A DNA stretch of 64,000 nt from the NCBI RefSeq assembly GCF_009914755.1, contig NC_060932.1, one strand, 5' to 3'. The translations under genes and the position numbers were made by a program. The notes under the pieces are model-generated. The model searched no databases, had not been told where the DNA came from, and worked only from the letters and a program-made list of their open reading frames with translations. Each line of letters opens with the position of its first letter. Position 1 is the first letter of the stretch. Below, one piece after another: positions 18,433-35,632 of the stretch. The DNA comes from the human T2T-CHM13v2.0 reference genome, Homo sapiens.

Positions 18433-18943
18433 CTTCTTCTACCTTTGCACCCAGGCCTAAAGACCCCATTACTGTATTGCAATACAACCTTTCCTCTTAG
18501 AGAGTCTGCTGTCTACGAGATGATGAATGGGATGGGGGAAGCGTGAAGGAGCCCAGGTCTAAGAAGGATCTCCGTGGGGCTGTTTTTCCCGGGGGATGCA
18601 GAAGCCCCTTTCTGTCCAGGGATACAGCCCTGGGCATTCTCCAATCCCATCCGTCGGCTCCAGGGGCCCTGGCCCGCCGCTCCCTCCCTCCGCCTGCGGT
18701 CGCCTTTGTAACAGGTCCATGGCTGTCGCCCCAGTCCTCGCCAGCCTGGCAGCCGGGCCCCGCGCGCGGAGGGAGGGCGCCCGGGAGAGAGAGGCTGGCT
18801 CGCTGGGCTCGGGTGCCCGCTTCCCGGTCCCCTCCCTCCCCCGTCGCCCCTAGCTGGGCGCCTCTCCCCAGCGTGGAGAGCCAGCTGAAAAGGCGAAGGC
18901 CCGCCGCAGCCCCTCTACCTCTTTGCAAGCGCTGCGCTGGGCC

Positions 18944-18988
18944 TCAGTCCGAAAGGCGGATCGCCGGCGCAGACAGCGCCACGGCCAT
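18944..18988 (-). CDS. Upstream ORF (MAVALSAPAIRLSD*, 14 aa) in putative DUSP26 exon 1
   Basis: gcgtcATGG (G at -3, G at +4) to TGA at 18946-18944; ends 25 nt before the exon 1 donor; out of frame with the main CDS. Translation is not shown by sequence alone. Confidence 0.55.
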   Translation of the reverse strand: MAVALSAPAIRLSD

Positions 18989-19048
18989 GACGCTCCTGCT
19001 GCTGTCGCCGCCGCTGTTTCTGCCCAAGACAGGTTGACAGATTAGCAG

Positions 19049-19058
19049 CTATTTTTAA
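19049..19058. promoter_or_regulatory. MEF2 consensus site (CTATTTTTAA)
   Basis: Exact match to YTAWWWWTAR; isolated AT-rich element in the CpG island; TGACAG (MEIS/TALE core) at 19035-19040. Confidence 0.55.
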
Positions 19059-20624
19059 GCCATGACACACACGTCGAAGCAGGGTTCAAATCAGCGTGTG
19101 CGCTGGTGACATAAAGGGACTCGGTCTCACATTCGGTGGCCCGAGTCGCCAGGCAGCGTGGGCTCCCCAGCCAACCCCCCACGAGCCCGCGCGCCTTGCA
19201 GACCAGACACGGCCCCGCCGAGCCCCAGCAGCACCGCCTGGAATGCATGCGTGTGTTCTCAGAGCTGCACCAATTACAAAGCGTTTTGCCTAAAGATTAC
19301 ATTATAAGTCATCCCAGGCACTGTCTTAAACACACACACTCCTCCCAGACAGAATTAACTAATTACATAGACACGATTCTGTGCACTGGCTTGTACATGC
19401 CTCGGTCTCAAGAAACCGTGTCATAAAGAACAATGGTCCGAAGCCCCCATTAGCCTTCATTATATGCCATGTGCTTCATTTAGCTTAAGGCATTTTATAC
19501 TCCCCACAAGTCTATGAGGGAGACATAATTACTATTGTCCTAATTTTAGGGAGGAGGCGACCTAGGCACAGAGAGGCTAGGTACTCTGCCCTGGTCACAC
19601 AGCTCGTTACTGGCAGAGCTGAGCTTGTTCAAACAATGCAGCCTGGCTTTGCAGTTTATGTCCTTAACCACTCTCTAAACCAGTGCCTCCCACAAAATGG
19701 AGAAGGCACCATGGATTTCCTTCATTCAGGAAGCCATTTCCACCAGCTCAGCTCATAGTGAATTTCACTTTCCCCAGACTCTCAAAACATTCATCTTCAT
19801 ATTTCTTTCTTTCTTTTTTGAGATGCAGTCCCACTCTGTCGCCCAGGCTGGAGTGCAGTGGCGCAATCTTGGCTCATTGTAACCCGCCTCCCAGGTTCAA
19901 GCCATTCTCCTGCCTCAGCTTCCCAAGTAGCTGGGATTACAGGCGCCCGCCTCCATGCCTGGCTAATTTTTTGTATATATTTTTTCTTTGTTTGTTTGTT
20001 TTTTAGTACAGATGGGGTTTCACCATGTTGACCAGGCTGGTCTTGAACTCCTGACCTCAGGTGATCCACCCACCTTCTCTCAAAGTGCTCAGATTACAGG
20101 CATGAGCCACTGTGTCCGGCCATCTTCATATTAATTTCTCATGTGCTGCCTTCTAGTGACATATTCACTTGATCGGCATTTTTATTGTAAGCACCAAGAT
20201 TGTAAGCACTTTGAAGGCAGGGACTGTGCTACCTTCCCCAGTGCCTACCTTATTGTGTGAGAGGGAAGTGGGGGAGATGATAAATGTTAGCAGATGATGC
20301 TGTTGAGAACTAGGCTGGCTTGAACTCTCGCTGTCTACTAGAAGAAAGGCAGAAAGTAGATTGGCTCAGATTGAAGCTGATGGTGTCAGCTATAGCTGAA
20401 ACCAGGACTGACTCCATTCCCAGCAGTGGTGGCAGATCAGGTTTTGATCTCTGGGTTAGAGAAAGTACTGGCCAATGTGACCAATCCCCAGGTTCCATGA
20501 CAGGCTGCCATCCAAGTTTAATGTACCGCCTAGCCTTTTTTTTTCTCTAGAGAAACAAAATTCTTTTCACTTTTCCTTGTCCCTTGTGTTACAGCAGTTT
20601 AAATATGAAATGAAATCCTTGTCA

Positions 20625-20947
<323 letters not shown>

Positions 20948-21075
20948 TCAAACAAACAACAAAAAACCCCAAGGAATTGACCTGAGAAATTTGAGATTTT
21001 AATTTGCGCATCCAAATTAAAATTTGGATTTAATTTGCAAACCTAGTTAAAACATTATCATAAAAGGAATTGTGA

Positions 21076-21361
<286 letters not shown>

Positions 21362-22182
21362 TGAAAAGTCTTCAAGATTGGTAGGTTGAGAGGATGTTGT
21401 AGGTAAAGCTGATCTCAATCTTTGACAAGACCTCTGTTTCAACCCTGCATTACACTTTTTTCAAAAAGCGGGGAAAATACAGTTTAAAGTACACCACAGA
21501 CAATGTGTACAGCTGTTTATGGGTAATTATAGAAATTACCTGGGGACTGACATATCCGTGAGGATCATTTTCATGAGTCGATCTATAGCCCACTTGATTT
21601 CTTTTGTTTTGTTTTGTTTTGTTTTTTTGTTTGTTTTTTTGATTTTTTTTTGAGGCAGGGTCTCAGGCTGGAGTGCAGTGGTAAAATCATAGCTCACTGC
21701 AGCCTCAACCTCCTGGGCTTAAACCATCCTCTTTTAAACGATCCTCTTGCCTCAGCCTCCTAAGTAGCTGGGACTATACAGGTGCATGCCACAATGCCTG
21801 GCGATTTTTTTTTCTTTTTTTTTTTTTTAAGACAGAGTCTTGCTCTGTCTCCTAGGCTGGAGTGCAGTGGTGTGATCTTGGCTCACTGCAACTGCTGCCT
21901 CCCCAGTTCAAGCAATTCTTGTGTGTCGCCTCCTGAGTAGCTGGGATGACAAGTGCATGCCACCACACCTGGCTAATTTTTGTATTTTTTGTAGAGATTA
22001 GGTTTCACCATGTTGGCCAGGCTGGTCTCAAGCTCCTGACCTCAGGTGGTCTGCCCGCCTCAGCCTCCCAAAGTGCTGGGATTATAGGCCAGAGCCACCA
22101 TGCCCTGCCAATCAGCTCATTTTATCTCACCCATATATTAAATTGGTGTCATCATTCTGATTGAATACCTGAGAGAGACTGA

Positions 22183-22500
<318 letters not shown>

Positions 22501-22559
22501 TAGTAGAGACGGGGTTTCACCAAGTTGGCCAGGTTGGTCTCGGGCTCCTGACCTCATGA

Positions 22560-22994
<435 letters not shown>

Positions 22995-24837
22995 TGAGCT
23001 ATATTTGTTTCACTTATTTATACACTTATTTAAATTCATATTGCCCGTACTAGAAGCACGAATGGATACACTATGCTGGGATGAAGAGATTAGAGATGGA
23101 AAAATAAGGCTATGGAAAGATAAAGATAGGGCCAGGAACTGCAGCTCGTATGCCTGTAATCCCAACACTTTGGCGGACCGAGGTGGGAGGATTTCATGAA
23201 GCCAGGAGTTGGAGACCAGCCTAGGGAACATAGTGAGACCATGACTCTACAAAAAATAAAGAATTAGCTGGCCATGGTGGCAAGCACCTGTAGTCCTAGC
23301 TACTCAGGAGGGTGAGGTGGGAAGATCGCTGGAGCCCAGGAGTTTGAGGCTGCCGTGAGTCATGATTGTGCCACTGCACTCCAGCCTGGGTGACTCAAAA
23401 AAAAAAAAAAGACAAAAATAGATTTCAAAATAGTTCTGAAAGAAATGATTAAATAAATATACAGACAGGGAGGTGTTCAAAAATAGAATGTGGGAAAAAA
23501 GAAAAAACAAGAATGACCATCAAAATATGGCATATGTTAAAGGTCAATTCTAACTGCTACCATTTAATTATGGGCTGGGCTTTACATACATTAGCGAATT
23601 CAATCCCATAAATAGATTTAATTAATTCAATTTTACTGTTGAGGAAACAGGTTTAGAGTGCTGGTGGTAAATCCGCTCTGAGGCCAGAGAGCTAATGAGT
23701 AGAATTTGAGCATGGATTTCAACCTAGAACTATTTTAAACCAAAGCCTGTGCCTCAAACCACTGTAGTAGACTTAAAGAAAATAGAAGAGTAGTTGTTAA
23801 AATGTATCAAGTCCTGCTGCGTGCCAGGCATTTAACAGAAATGGCATGAATCATTCTCAAGCGACTCTCCTGGCTTTGTCCCTTCGGGGATGTGGCTCCC
23901 CGTGGCAGGATCTGCGAGGTGCGATGCGTACAGAAGGTTGGGACCAGCAGCCTCTTCAATCTCTGGAGAAGCTCCCTGCTGCTCTGTAATTCTTCCTCCT
24001 AAGTAGAGGATAGCGCTTCCTCCCAACCACACACCAGATACCGCCATGCCCATCCCTCCTGGGCTGGTGCACCCTGAAATCTGCTGCTGGGTGAAACAGC
24101 ACTTTCACTTAATGCTTCAGATAGCAGAGGACCGACAGCTGTGACTTTATTTGGTGATGGAATAAATAAGGTGAGGGGGACGAGGGGCACAGAATGTTCT
24201 TCAAGGGTGCCCATTTTCATAATGTTATTTTTCTAAATCTGCATCTTCCCAGTCCCAAACCTTCTTCAGCTTTTTTTTGTTGACTGTTTAACTCCTGCTT
24301 TCCTCCACGTCCTTGCGTGTGCTTTGTGTCAGTTCTTTCAGGTACCAAGCGGGTGGTGGTGTTAGTGGGGCTCTTGCTGGCTCTGAACTGGGGAGAGAGG
24401 CACGCTGGTCTTTTGCGTAGAGTGAGAATCTGGTTTTGCTTCAACTCCACTTCTGTCCTTCACCTTTCCACCAATGCATTCCCCTCCATTTTCCTACTGA
24501 TTTACCTGGGGGTGAAACCATCTTAACACTGTTAATATTAAATATTAACTTTCTTCTAAGGACCACACACTGTTGCAAGAGCAGAAATTCTTTCCATTAG
24601 CATAACTTTGTAAGGGACACTAGTGCTCCTCTAATGGTAATAAAGTAGAATTATTATTTGCAAAACAGGATACAAAACGAATATACAGTAAATCTCAGTA
24701 TTGCAACAACAAGGAGATAGAAAAAAAATTCCTAAATACACATCTTGAGAAAGACTGAAAAGAAGCATGTCAAATACTAAAAGAGGTAAACTGTAGCCAG
24801 AACAGGATTTCAGATAATTTTGTTTGTTTTCAGATAG

Positions 24838-24987
<150 letters not shown>

Positions 24988-25002
24988 TGATTTTTTGTAT
25001 AG

Positions 25003-25450
<448 letters not shown>

Positions 25451-25453
25451 TAA

Positions 25454-25675
<222 letters not shown>

Positions 25676-25954
25676 TAGTAGAGAAGGGGTTTCACTGTGT
25701 TAGTCAGCATGGTCTCAATCTCCTGACCTCGTGATCCACCTGCCTCGGCCTCCCAAAGTGCTGGGATTATAGACGTGAGCCACTGTGCCTGGCCATGAAT
25801 TAATTTTAAAATGTCAGTTTCATGAAATTGGTTGAGACTTTTTTAGTGGCTTCTTATGTGGCCAATTTTAGTAAATGTTCCATACATGCTTGAAAAGAAT
25901 ATATCATTCCTGTTTTGGGATGCAGATTTCTATCTTTATCTCCCTTCTGTGTAA

Positions 25955-26206
<252 letters not shown>

Positions 26207-26274
26207 TGATCTGCCTGCCTCGGCCTCCCAAAGTGCTGGGATTACAGGCATGAGCCACCTCACCCAGCCCCAGA

Positions 26275-26866
26275 TGGTTGAAACTTACATACCCTCTTCA
26301 TAGGGGAGAGGGAGGTGGGGGAAATGTGAGCAATTGTGAAGAGTAGTAAATAATTTTCAGGGGAAATGAATGGGTCCAAAGAGCAGACAATAGTTTTAAA
26401 ATGATTGGGTGAGTAAACTGAATGGGATTGGTAAGTTATGGAAAGGTGAGGGGTGGAACTACACTGTGATCAAAGGTTGTCTTATTATGCAGGTAAAGTC
26501 TCTTAGGTAATCTCTCAGAGCTGCCCTCAGAAGAATAGACGAGAAGTCTGTCTGAGAGTGGTGATGACTTTTATTCTTGTTTCTTCTCTTGTCTCTTCTC
26601 TTCTGGTTAATCTTTCCTGGTTATTTGATGAGATTCTTAGGGAGGGGGTCTTAAGACAATTGCATTTTTTTTGGAAAATATCATCTTATTCAGATAAGAA
26701 AATTTCTGAGAGACTCTCCCTGTGCTGGAGGGTGGGTTGGGGGGCAATAAGAGAGGGTTAGGAAGTCCTTTGTTCTGAGGCAGCTCCTGAGGCCTTCTAA
26801 TTTCCTTTAATTCAAAAGTGCTCAGCATGCCAAAGCACCACACTTTGGGGTATTGTTCTCTGCACC
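26275..26866 (-). mobile_element. ERV1 MER4-group LTR (MER31/MER67-like; family uncertain)
   Basis: Reverse complement ACAATACCCCAAAGTGTGGTGCTTTGGCATGCTGAGCACTTTTGAATTAAAGG resembles these LTR 5' ends. Confidence 0.5.
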
Positions 26867-27199
26867 TCTCTTTCTTTCTTTCTTTCTTTCTTTCTTTTCT
26901 TTCTTTCTTTTCTTTCTTTCTTTCTCTTTCTTTTTCTTTCTTTTTTTCTTTCTTCTTTCTTTCTTCCTTTTTCTGTTTCTTTCTTTCTCCCTTCCATCCT
27001 TCCTTCCTTCCCTTCCTTCCTTCCCTTCTTTCCTTCCTTCCTTCCTTCTTCCTCCCTCCCTCCCTCCTCCCTCCTCTCTTCCTTCCCTTCCTTCCTTTTC
27101 CTTCTCCTTCCTTCTTTCCTTCCTTCCTTCCTTCCTTCCTTCCTTCCTTCCTTCCTTCCTTCCTTCCTTCCTCCATTCCCTCTCTCTCTTTCTCTTTTT
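26866..27199 (+). repeat. (TTTC)n/(TTCC)n polypyrimidine tract derived from an Alu tail
   Basis: ~330 nt pyrimidine tract abutting a minus-strand AluJ. Confidence 0.95.
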
Positions 27200-30100
27200 G
27201 GAGACAAGGTCTTGCTTTGTCATCCAGGCTGGAGTGCAGTAACACAATCTTGGCTCACTGCAGCCTTGACCTCCCAGGCTTAAGCAATCCTCTTGCCTCA
27301 GACCCCACAAGTAGCTGGTACTACAAGTGACCAGCTATATATATTTCTTTCTTTTTTTTTTTTTAGATTTTATAGAGGCATGGTCTTGCTTTGTTGCCTG
27401 GGCTGGTGGCCTCAAGCTATCCTCCTGTCCTGGCCTCCCAAAATATTGGGATTACAGGCATAAGCCACCATGCTCAGCCACCTATTTTTTCTTATATAAC
27501 TATATCATAATTTTGTTATATAAATATTCAGTGTTTAGAATATTAAAAACTATACAATTGTTATTCACAGTTGAATCATGTCATATGCCATGATTTCTTC
27601 TCCTGCATAATGTTCTGTCTTCCCATCAGTAAATAATTATTTTTTGTTTGTTCGCTTAATTTTCAATGAATGTCTCAGTAATTCAGCCCCCATATTCTTT
27701 CCCAATTGCTTAAATGTTTTCTTGGTAAATATAGTTGTTTTCTTAATATCATTTTTTTCATTAAGTCCTTTCTGGAGCCTTCTGACTTACCCTCATCTGG
27801 ACTGGTTGCCGTCTACACTAGTATAAAGCTTGATCACCCTGGAGATTAGAATCTTTTACTCTCATGCCGGGAATTCTTTTTGCCTCTGAATGTCCTGTTT
27901 CCTGGGCCTTCTCTGGTTTTTATTTTTAAGTTTTTATTTATTTATCTTTTGGGGTATCCTGCTTTAGAATAACATTATGCTCAAATATGCCTAGTATCCC
28001 CCTAATCAAGAGATCCTTTGTTTTACTTTTTCAAAGAATAAACCTACAATCATATGCTGGTGTAGGGCAGGAACAGTTGCCTGACTGGGCAGTGATTAGA
28101 GATCTGGGGGTTTAATTTAAACAGATTTGCAGATAAGTCTGGGCTACACATCCTTATATGTGCTTCCAGAGGTAACACTGTCGCCAGTTCCTGAGCCTTT
28201 TGGATATGTCTGTGGTGTAAATCACATTGATTGTCAATATTCCCCAAGTGACTTTCTTTTTGCTTTTCAGCCTCCAACATTTTGTTGCTATTAAAAGATT
28301 TTCTGTTCTTTTCATTCTCATGGAATATATATATGCACATACATTTATATATGTATAAATATATATGGATAAATATATGTATATATAGATACTTATATCT
28401 GTCTATATAAAATCTACTGTCATTTTTATGAAGTTTCAGGAAGAAACAGAATTAAATGCTTGCTTTTAATATGCTATCTTCAACTGGGAGAGCCAGCTGG
28501 TTTCTGAAAACACTCAAAAAATGATGGCTATTCTAACTTTTTTCCCACTCAGTATTTATTTAGATTTACCAGCATTTTTAAAGAATTCTTTGGCATTTTT
28601 ATATATATCTTTATACTGTTCATTCCTTGTAGGTTTATTTTCTTATTTAGTAGTTCTTTTTGTAAAGGACTGTTGTTAGTAAATTCTTAAGTGCTTGAAT
28701 ATCTATAAATTTTAAATTTTTTCTGACTTGTGAATGACATTTTGCTGGAGTTTAGAAATTTGGGCTCCCAATTATGTTTTTCAGCACATCAAAGATGTTA
28801 CCTCATTGTTTTCCGCATTTATTTTTGCCAATGAGAAGTCTTTTCTTCTGGGGTTCTTACCATTTCTTTGTTGTAATCTGCCTTCCCTTTATGTTGGCTG
28901 TAGAATTTTCTCATTGTCCTTGTGGAATGCTGGCTTCCCAAGTATCATCAGGATAACCTTTTAATATCACAAAGCTGAGTTTATTGTTTATCACAGTAAG
29001 TGAGAATGCTAACTTTGCAGATAGCAACTCTCAGAAGGAATTGCAAGATCTGATTTATTGATATTTTGAAGTTTGGTTTAGGATGGGTCTTTCAATGCAC
29101 AGACTTCATTAGAATTGAGTAATTATCATCGTACAATAGTTTAGAATTTGTAGAAACAGCAAGGTAAGAATTTTGAGAAGAGGAGCTCAAAGAGTCTTGG
29201 GATATAAACTGTATACTGATGCTTTTTGGAGTTGCTGGATCTTTTGATAATTTTTTACAGTGAACGAGAAAGTTATTTGCAACTTTCACCTTCTTGGACA
29301 AGTCTCTTGGGGTAGCAAAGTTATGCAAATGAAGACAATGGAATGGTAAAGTCCTGTTAAAGCAGACAGCAAACTATGTAGGGGTAGATAGTTTTGTTTT
29401 TTATTTTTCTCCTTTTTACCATTTTTCATTCTGAGCTGAAGGATAGACCATTAGTATTTGGGATTTGATCAATCCAGGTCCTTGCTGATTTGAGGCATCA
29501 CAATTATGTATCAAGTTTATGGGAATGGCTTGTTCAATCTCCAAGATTCCAAAGGTACATGTTTCAACCTCCATTAGCATAAGGTTTTCCTGCTGTTTTT
29601 TTGGATGATTATTTGTTGAATTATTAGTTGGGACAGCTATTGCACCTCAGCATTTAAGACTGTGGAGATCACCATCTGAACACTGCAACACAGACAAATG
29701 TACTAAACAAAGGATCATATTCAGAGTTTGTCTTCTACTTCTCAACCAGGAGCCAAGTGTGCCCAAAGTAAATCAAGACCACAGATCACATCCCTAGTCT
29801 GAGGATCCCACAAAATCAAATTTGGTATTATTAGCCAAATTACCTAATTTTTCTGAAAATATTGACTATTATAGGAAAGATTCCAGAGGTCTGTAGGGCA
29901 GTAAGTACAACATTCTTCCCCTAAAAGAATAACTATTTCTTATGAGAGGTCAATATTAAATCTGAGTCATCTTCATTTTGCACCCCTGCCTGTTCAATTT
30001 CTCTCTTTTTTTTTTTTTCTTGAGGCAGAGTCTCACTGTGTCACCCAGGATTGGCTCGCTGCATCACCCAGGATCGGCCCACTGCAACCTCCACCTTCCA

Positions 30101-30522
30101 GGTTCAAACGATTCTTCTGCCTCTGCCTTTTGAGTAGCTGGGATTACAGGCACGAGCCACCATGCCCAGCTAATTTTTGTATTTTTAGTAGAGCCGGGCT
30201 TTCACCACGTTGGCCAGGCTGGTCTTGAACTCCCGATCTCAGATGATCTACCAACCTTGGCCACCCAAAGTGCTGGGTTTACAGGTGTGAGCCACCATGC
30301 CTGACCTCCAATTTCATGAACTTCTCAGGTGAGTACTCCCATAGCCTTGATGGCATTGTCTAGCTTCCCTGTCACACTCTAGGATTCACCTTACTTTTCA
30401 GGACTATTGTGATGCATGAAGTGAAGAGGTTTGGAGAAGAAAGAAAACAATCCAGAATTCTCCTTAAGTGGGTAGGATTTAGGTTAAAAAATAAAGTCAA
30501 TGTGGACGGGCACAGTCGCTCA

Positions 30523-30795
<273 letters not shown>

Positions 30796-31214
30796 TTAAT
30801 TAATTAATTAAAGTCAATGCTTAGTCTCTCTTCTACTTGAATTAAATAATCTAATGATCTGTTTTTTTCTAGAGAAGAAATCAAGCCAAAATTGATCCTA
30901 GGTGACATTAGTGTCTCTTCTGAAAGCAGGCATTGGTTGATCAAGGTAATATGTTTCTGTCCAGCTTAAAGAAAATGGTTACTAGGTCTTTGTGCCACAA
31001 ATTCAATATAGTCATTGGAGGCCACTTAATAATCTATTTTTGGCCAAAATACCCTACAAGATTATCTAATGGTTGTAACATTCTGACACTGCTCATCAAG
31101 AATAGTTTGGCACCAGACAAAGAAATCTGTAGTATCAGGGTCATTAGATAGTTTTAAAGCAGAGTTTCTCAAACTTGCATTATTGACATTTTAGGCCTGG
31201 TCATTTCTTGTTGT

Positions 31215-31885
31215 GGATGTTCCATAATAAAAACTTTGACTGGCCTTTATCCCTGGTTCTGAGAGGAGATATTCTTGAAATTTCAGAATGATAAGTGTAT
31301 CTTTGTTATGATAATGGAGCAACTCAGGGTGGGACCCAAGAAAGCTTCAGGATGCAATCTGGTCATTGGAAAGACCAAACACATAGGCAGAGCATTGGGA
31401 CTTTCAGTTAACACAATCTCTGGAAAGGAGAGAGAGGTTGGAGATTGAGCTTGATCATTTTGCCAATGATTTAATCTATCATGCCTACATAATGTAACCC
31501 CAGTAAAAACTCTGGACACTGAAGCTCAGAGAAGCTTCCTGATTGGTGGACACATGGATGCACTATAAGGGAAATGCACTCTATGCTATGGGGGAAGGGC
31601 ATGGTAGGTCATCACTCCTTCCTGGGTCTTGCCCTATGTGTATCCTTTACAATAAAAGTAATTGTAAGTATACCACTTTCCTGAGTTCTGTGACTCATTC
31701 TAGTGAATTCCTGAATTTGAGGAGGTCAGGAAAGCCCCTACATTTATAGACAATCAGAAGTGTAGGAGGCCTGGGGACCCCAGAGACTGACAGCTCCTGT
31801 CTGCAGGTAGAGCAGTCTTGTGGAGGACTTTGAATCTAATCTGTGATGTCTTCATTAACTCTGGGTAATTAGTGTCAGAACTCTA
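31215..31885 (+). mobile_element. MER21-like LTR nested in a MER20 DNA transposon (~31158-31965)
   Basis: atcatgcctacataatgtaaccccagtaaaaactctggacactgaagctcag and aataaaagtaattgtaagtata motifs; MER20-like flanks (gtttctcaaacttgcattattgacattttaggcc / attgtagggtgtttctcagcatccctggc). Confidence 0.65.
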
Positions 31886-32072
31886 CAGCAGAACTTCACT
31901 TGGAGTTGAGGCTGAGCGAGGGGGCTCTCCTATGAATTGTAGGGTGTTTCTCAGCATCCCTGGCTTGAACCTGGGAGTCGGAGGTTGTGGTGAGCCAAGA
32001 TCATACCACTGCACTCCAGTCTGCGCGACAGAGTGAGTCTGTCTCAAAACAAAACAAAACAAAACAATATTA

Positions 32073-32500
<428 letters not shown>

Positions 32501-32689
32501 TTAGTGCGTGGACCTCAGGTGGGAATGTCTATATCCCCCACAGTCGTCTTGTTGGGTAAACGTTATCTCTTCCCAAAGACTGTATGTTTCTGTAGGTTCC
32601 TAAGAATGCTCAGGTTAAGGTCTCTGATAAAGACAATCTTCCAATAACTCGGGGATAGTTTATGTTTCTTCAGTTGAGAGACAGCCTTC

Positions 32690-33172
32690 TTAGTTCTCTG
32701 TTGCTGCTGTACCAAATTCTCATGGGCTTATGGCTTAAAATAACACATATTTATTTTATTACATTTCTAGAGGTCAGAAATCTAAAATCAGTCCATGGAA
32801 TGCCTTCCTTCTGGAGGTCTTAGGAGGCAATCTGCTTGCTTGCCTTTTCTGGCTTCTGGAGGTCACCTGTATTCCTTGGCTCATGATCCATTCCTTCATT
32901 TTAAAGCCAGCCATATGGTATTTTCAAATCCTTCTCTTTTTCTGCTTCTCTCATTGCATTGCTTTTTCTTTATTTGTGAAACTCCTGTTTCCTTCTTATA
33001 AGGATGCTTGTAAATACATTGATTTCACCTGGAAAATCCAAAATCATCTTTCTATCTCAAGGTAATTAATCTTAATATAATTAAGCTTAATTATATCTTC
33101 ATAGTCCCCTTTTTCACAAAAAGTAACAAATTCACAGATTTCTGGATTTAGGATGTAGTCATCTTGGGGGTG
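32690..33172. mobile_element. MLT1-type MaLR LTR
   Basis: ttagttctctgttgctgctgtaccaaat...tggcttaaaataacacatatttatt...tctggatttaggatgtagtcatcttgggg. Confidence 0.65.
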
Positions 33173-33346
33173 GCTCAGGCATGAACTGGAGGATCAACAC
33201 CTTACAGTTTTGCTGCTGTGCTAGTTGTTAACAGCACGTGATAGGGTCATTTCCACCATGGTTCAAAGGCTGTTTTTTTCTGAAGTCTGTTCCAAAAAAC
33301 CGGGTCTCCAGATTTTTTTTTTTTTTTTTTTTGAGATGGAGTCTAG

Positions 33347-33658
<312 letters not shown>

Positions 33659-34482
33659 TAAAGTTGAAGAACAGCTTCTCCTACCTATTGATGATAAAAA
33701 TGGGTGTATTGTGCTAGTCCCTTAAAACAGTTGACCATGTCTTCTTGGAACAGGGTAATGTCTACATTTAGAGGTAAACTTTCTAGACTCCCGAGCCAGC
33801 CTGTTACTAACTCATGGGTGGAGTTGCTAAGCCCCAGAAACAGTCGATCTCATTAACATTAAAGCCAACGGCAATACCTTAGGCCACAGAAGTTTGAGAG
33901 TCTTGAAGAATTTTGGTAATTTGAGTTTTAGAATTTCTTTATTTCTTTCTATCTTTCCTGAATATTGGGAGTGATATGGGACAGTGAAGTATCTAAATGT
34001 GTCAGGGCTCTGTAAAGCTCTTTAATAACAGTCCCAGTAAAATGAATATCTCTATCACTAGAAAGATAGATTAGAATTCCCCTGGTTGGAAAGATCATAT
34101 CAAATATTTTTTTCTTTCCTCTTTGCTATTTCTCTCTATCCTGTCTAGCCTTTCTAAAGATTTTGACAATGACTCTCAACTAAAAGCAAGATAAGAGCTT
34201 AAAATCAACCATAAGAACTTTTTTGTGTTCAAAGAAAAGTTTAATTTTAAGAGGCAATTGAGTTTTGAGGGTTGCTAGCTAGCTAGGAAAAAGAGGGGAA
34301 CAGATAAAAGAAAAAGATGGGGCAGAGGGAGGTTTAAATAACATAAGATGCAGGATAAGGAAGAGTAGGATAAAGACTCTTCAGTTTGGAGTTGTGATTT
34401 AAGGAGAAAGAACATTTTAAGTTTTCATTTTTTCCTCTTGGCCGGCCAAGAAATCACTTCAGGAAGCTATTTTGGAATTTGA

Positions 34483-34942
<460 letters not shown>

Positions 34943-35592
34943 TATATACACATATATTTATATGTATATAAATCACATATATTTATGTGATTTACATGTA
35001 TTTATGTAAATATGTGTGATTTATTTCTAATTTTCTTCTGTTATAAGAGACACATGCACATAAATACACACTTATTTTTGAAACTAACTTGCAGATGCAA
35101 AAATACTTTCTTCCTTTTCTTTTCTTTTTTTTTTTTTTTTCTAAAGATGGGGTCTTGAGAGATGCCCAGGCTGGCCTTAAACTCCTGGGCTCAAGTGATC
35201 CTCCTGCCTCAACGTTCTGAGCACACAGGATTATAAAATCAGCCACCGTGCCTGGCCACATTAATTCTTTTTTAAATGTCATGATCACTAATTCGAACAG
35301 TTTTTTTTTTTTTTGAGACAGGGTCTCACTCTGTCCCCCAAGCTGGAGTGCAGTGGTGCAACCATATAGTTCACTGCAAACTCAAACTCCTGGTTTTAAG
35401 CACTCCTCTTGCCTCAGTCTCCTGAGTAGCTGGGACTACAGGCACGTGTCATAGCGCCCAGCCCAAAATACTTTCATCTCAAATACCCTATTATGTATCT
35501 CCTAAAAAAACACATTCTCATATATAACCACTATGCCATTATGACCCCTAAGGAAATTGATAATAATTCCTTAATCTTTTTTAATATGCAGT

Positions 35593-35632
<40 letters not shown>

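Larger units (their letters stand above)
18640..19240. promoter_or_regulatory. CpG island / DUSP26 promoter
   Basis: Dense CpG and high GC in non-repeat sequence (e.g. cccgcgcgcgga, ccgccgcagc, gagcccgcgcgcc), unlike the CpG-poor flanks. Confidence 0.85.
18919..19250 (-). other. DUSP26: Probable non-coding exon 1 of DUSP26 (5' boundary uncertain)
   Basis: Donor-like GAG|GTAGAG (GT at 18918-18917) inside the CpG island upstream of exon 2. Confidence 0.65.

Noticed and set aside
18960-18980. REST/RE1-like GACAGCGCC in exon 1
   Set aside because: Only the right half-site matches; the left half (TTCAGCACC) is absent.
18497-19037. 143-164 aa ORFs across the CpG island
   Set aside because: GC-rich low-complexity translations with no recognisable domain; typical of CpG islands.
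26637-27330. Long Lys/Glu/Arg-rich and Phe/Ser/Leu-rich ORFs (also 6753-7163)
   Set aside because: Stop-free frames of (TTTC)n/(TTCC)n simple repeats.
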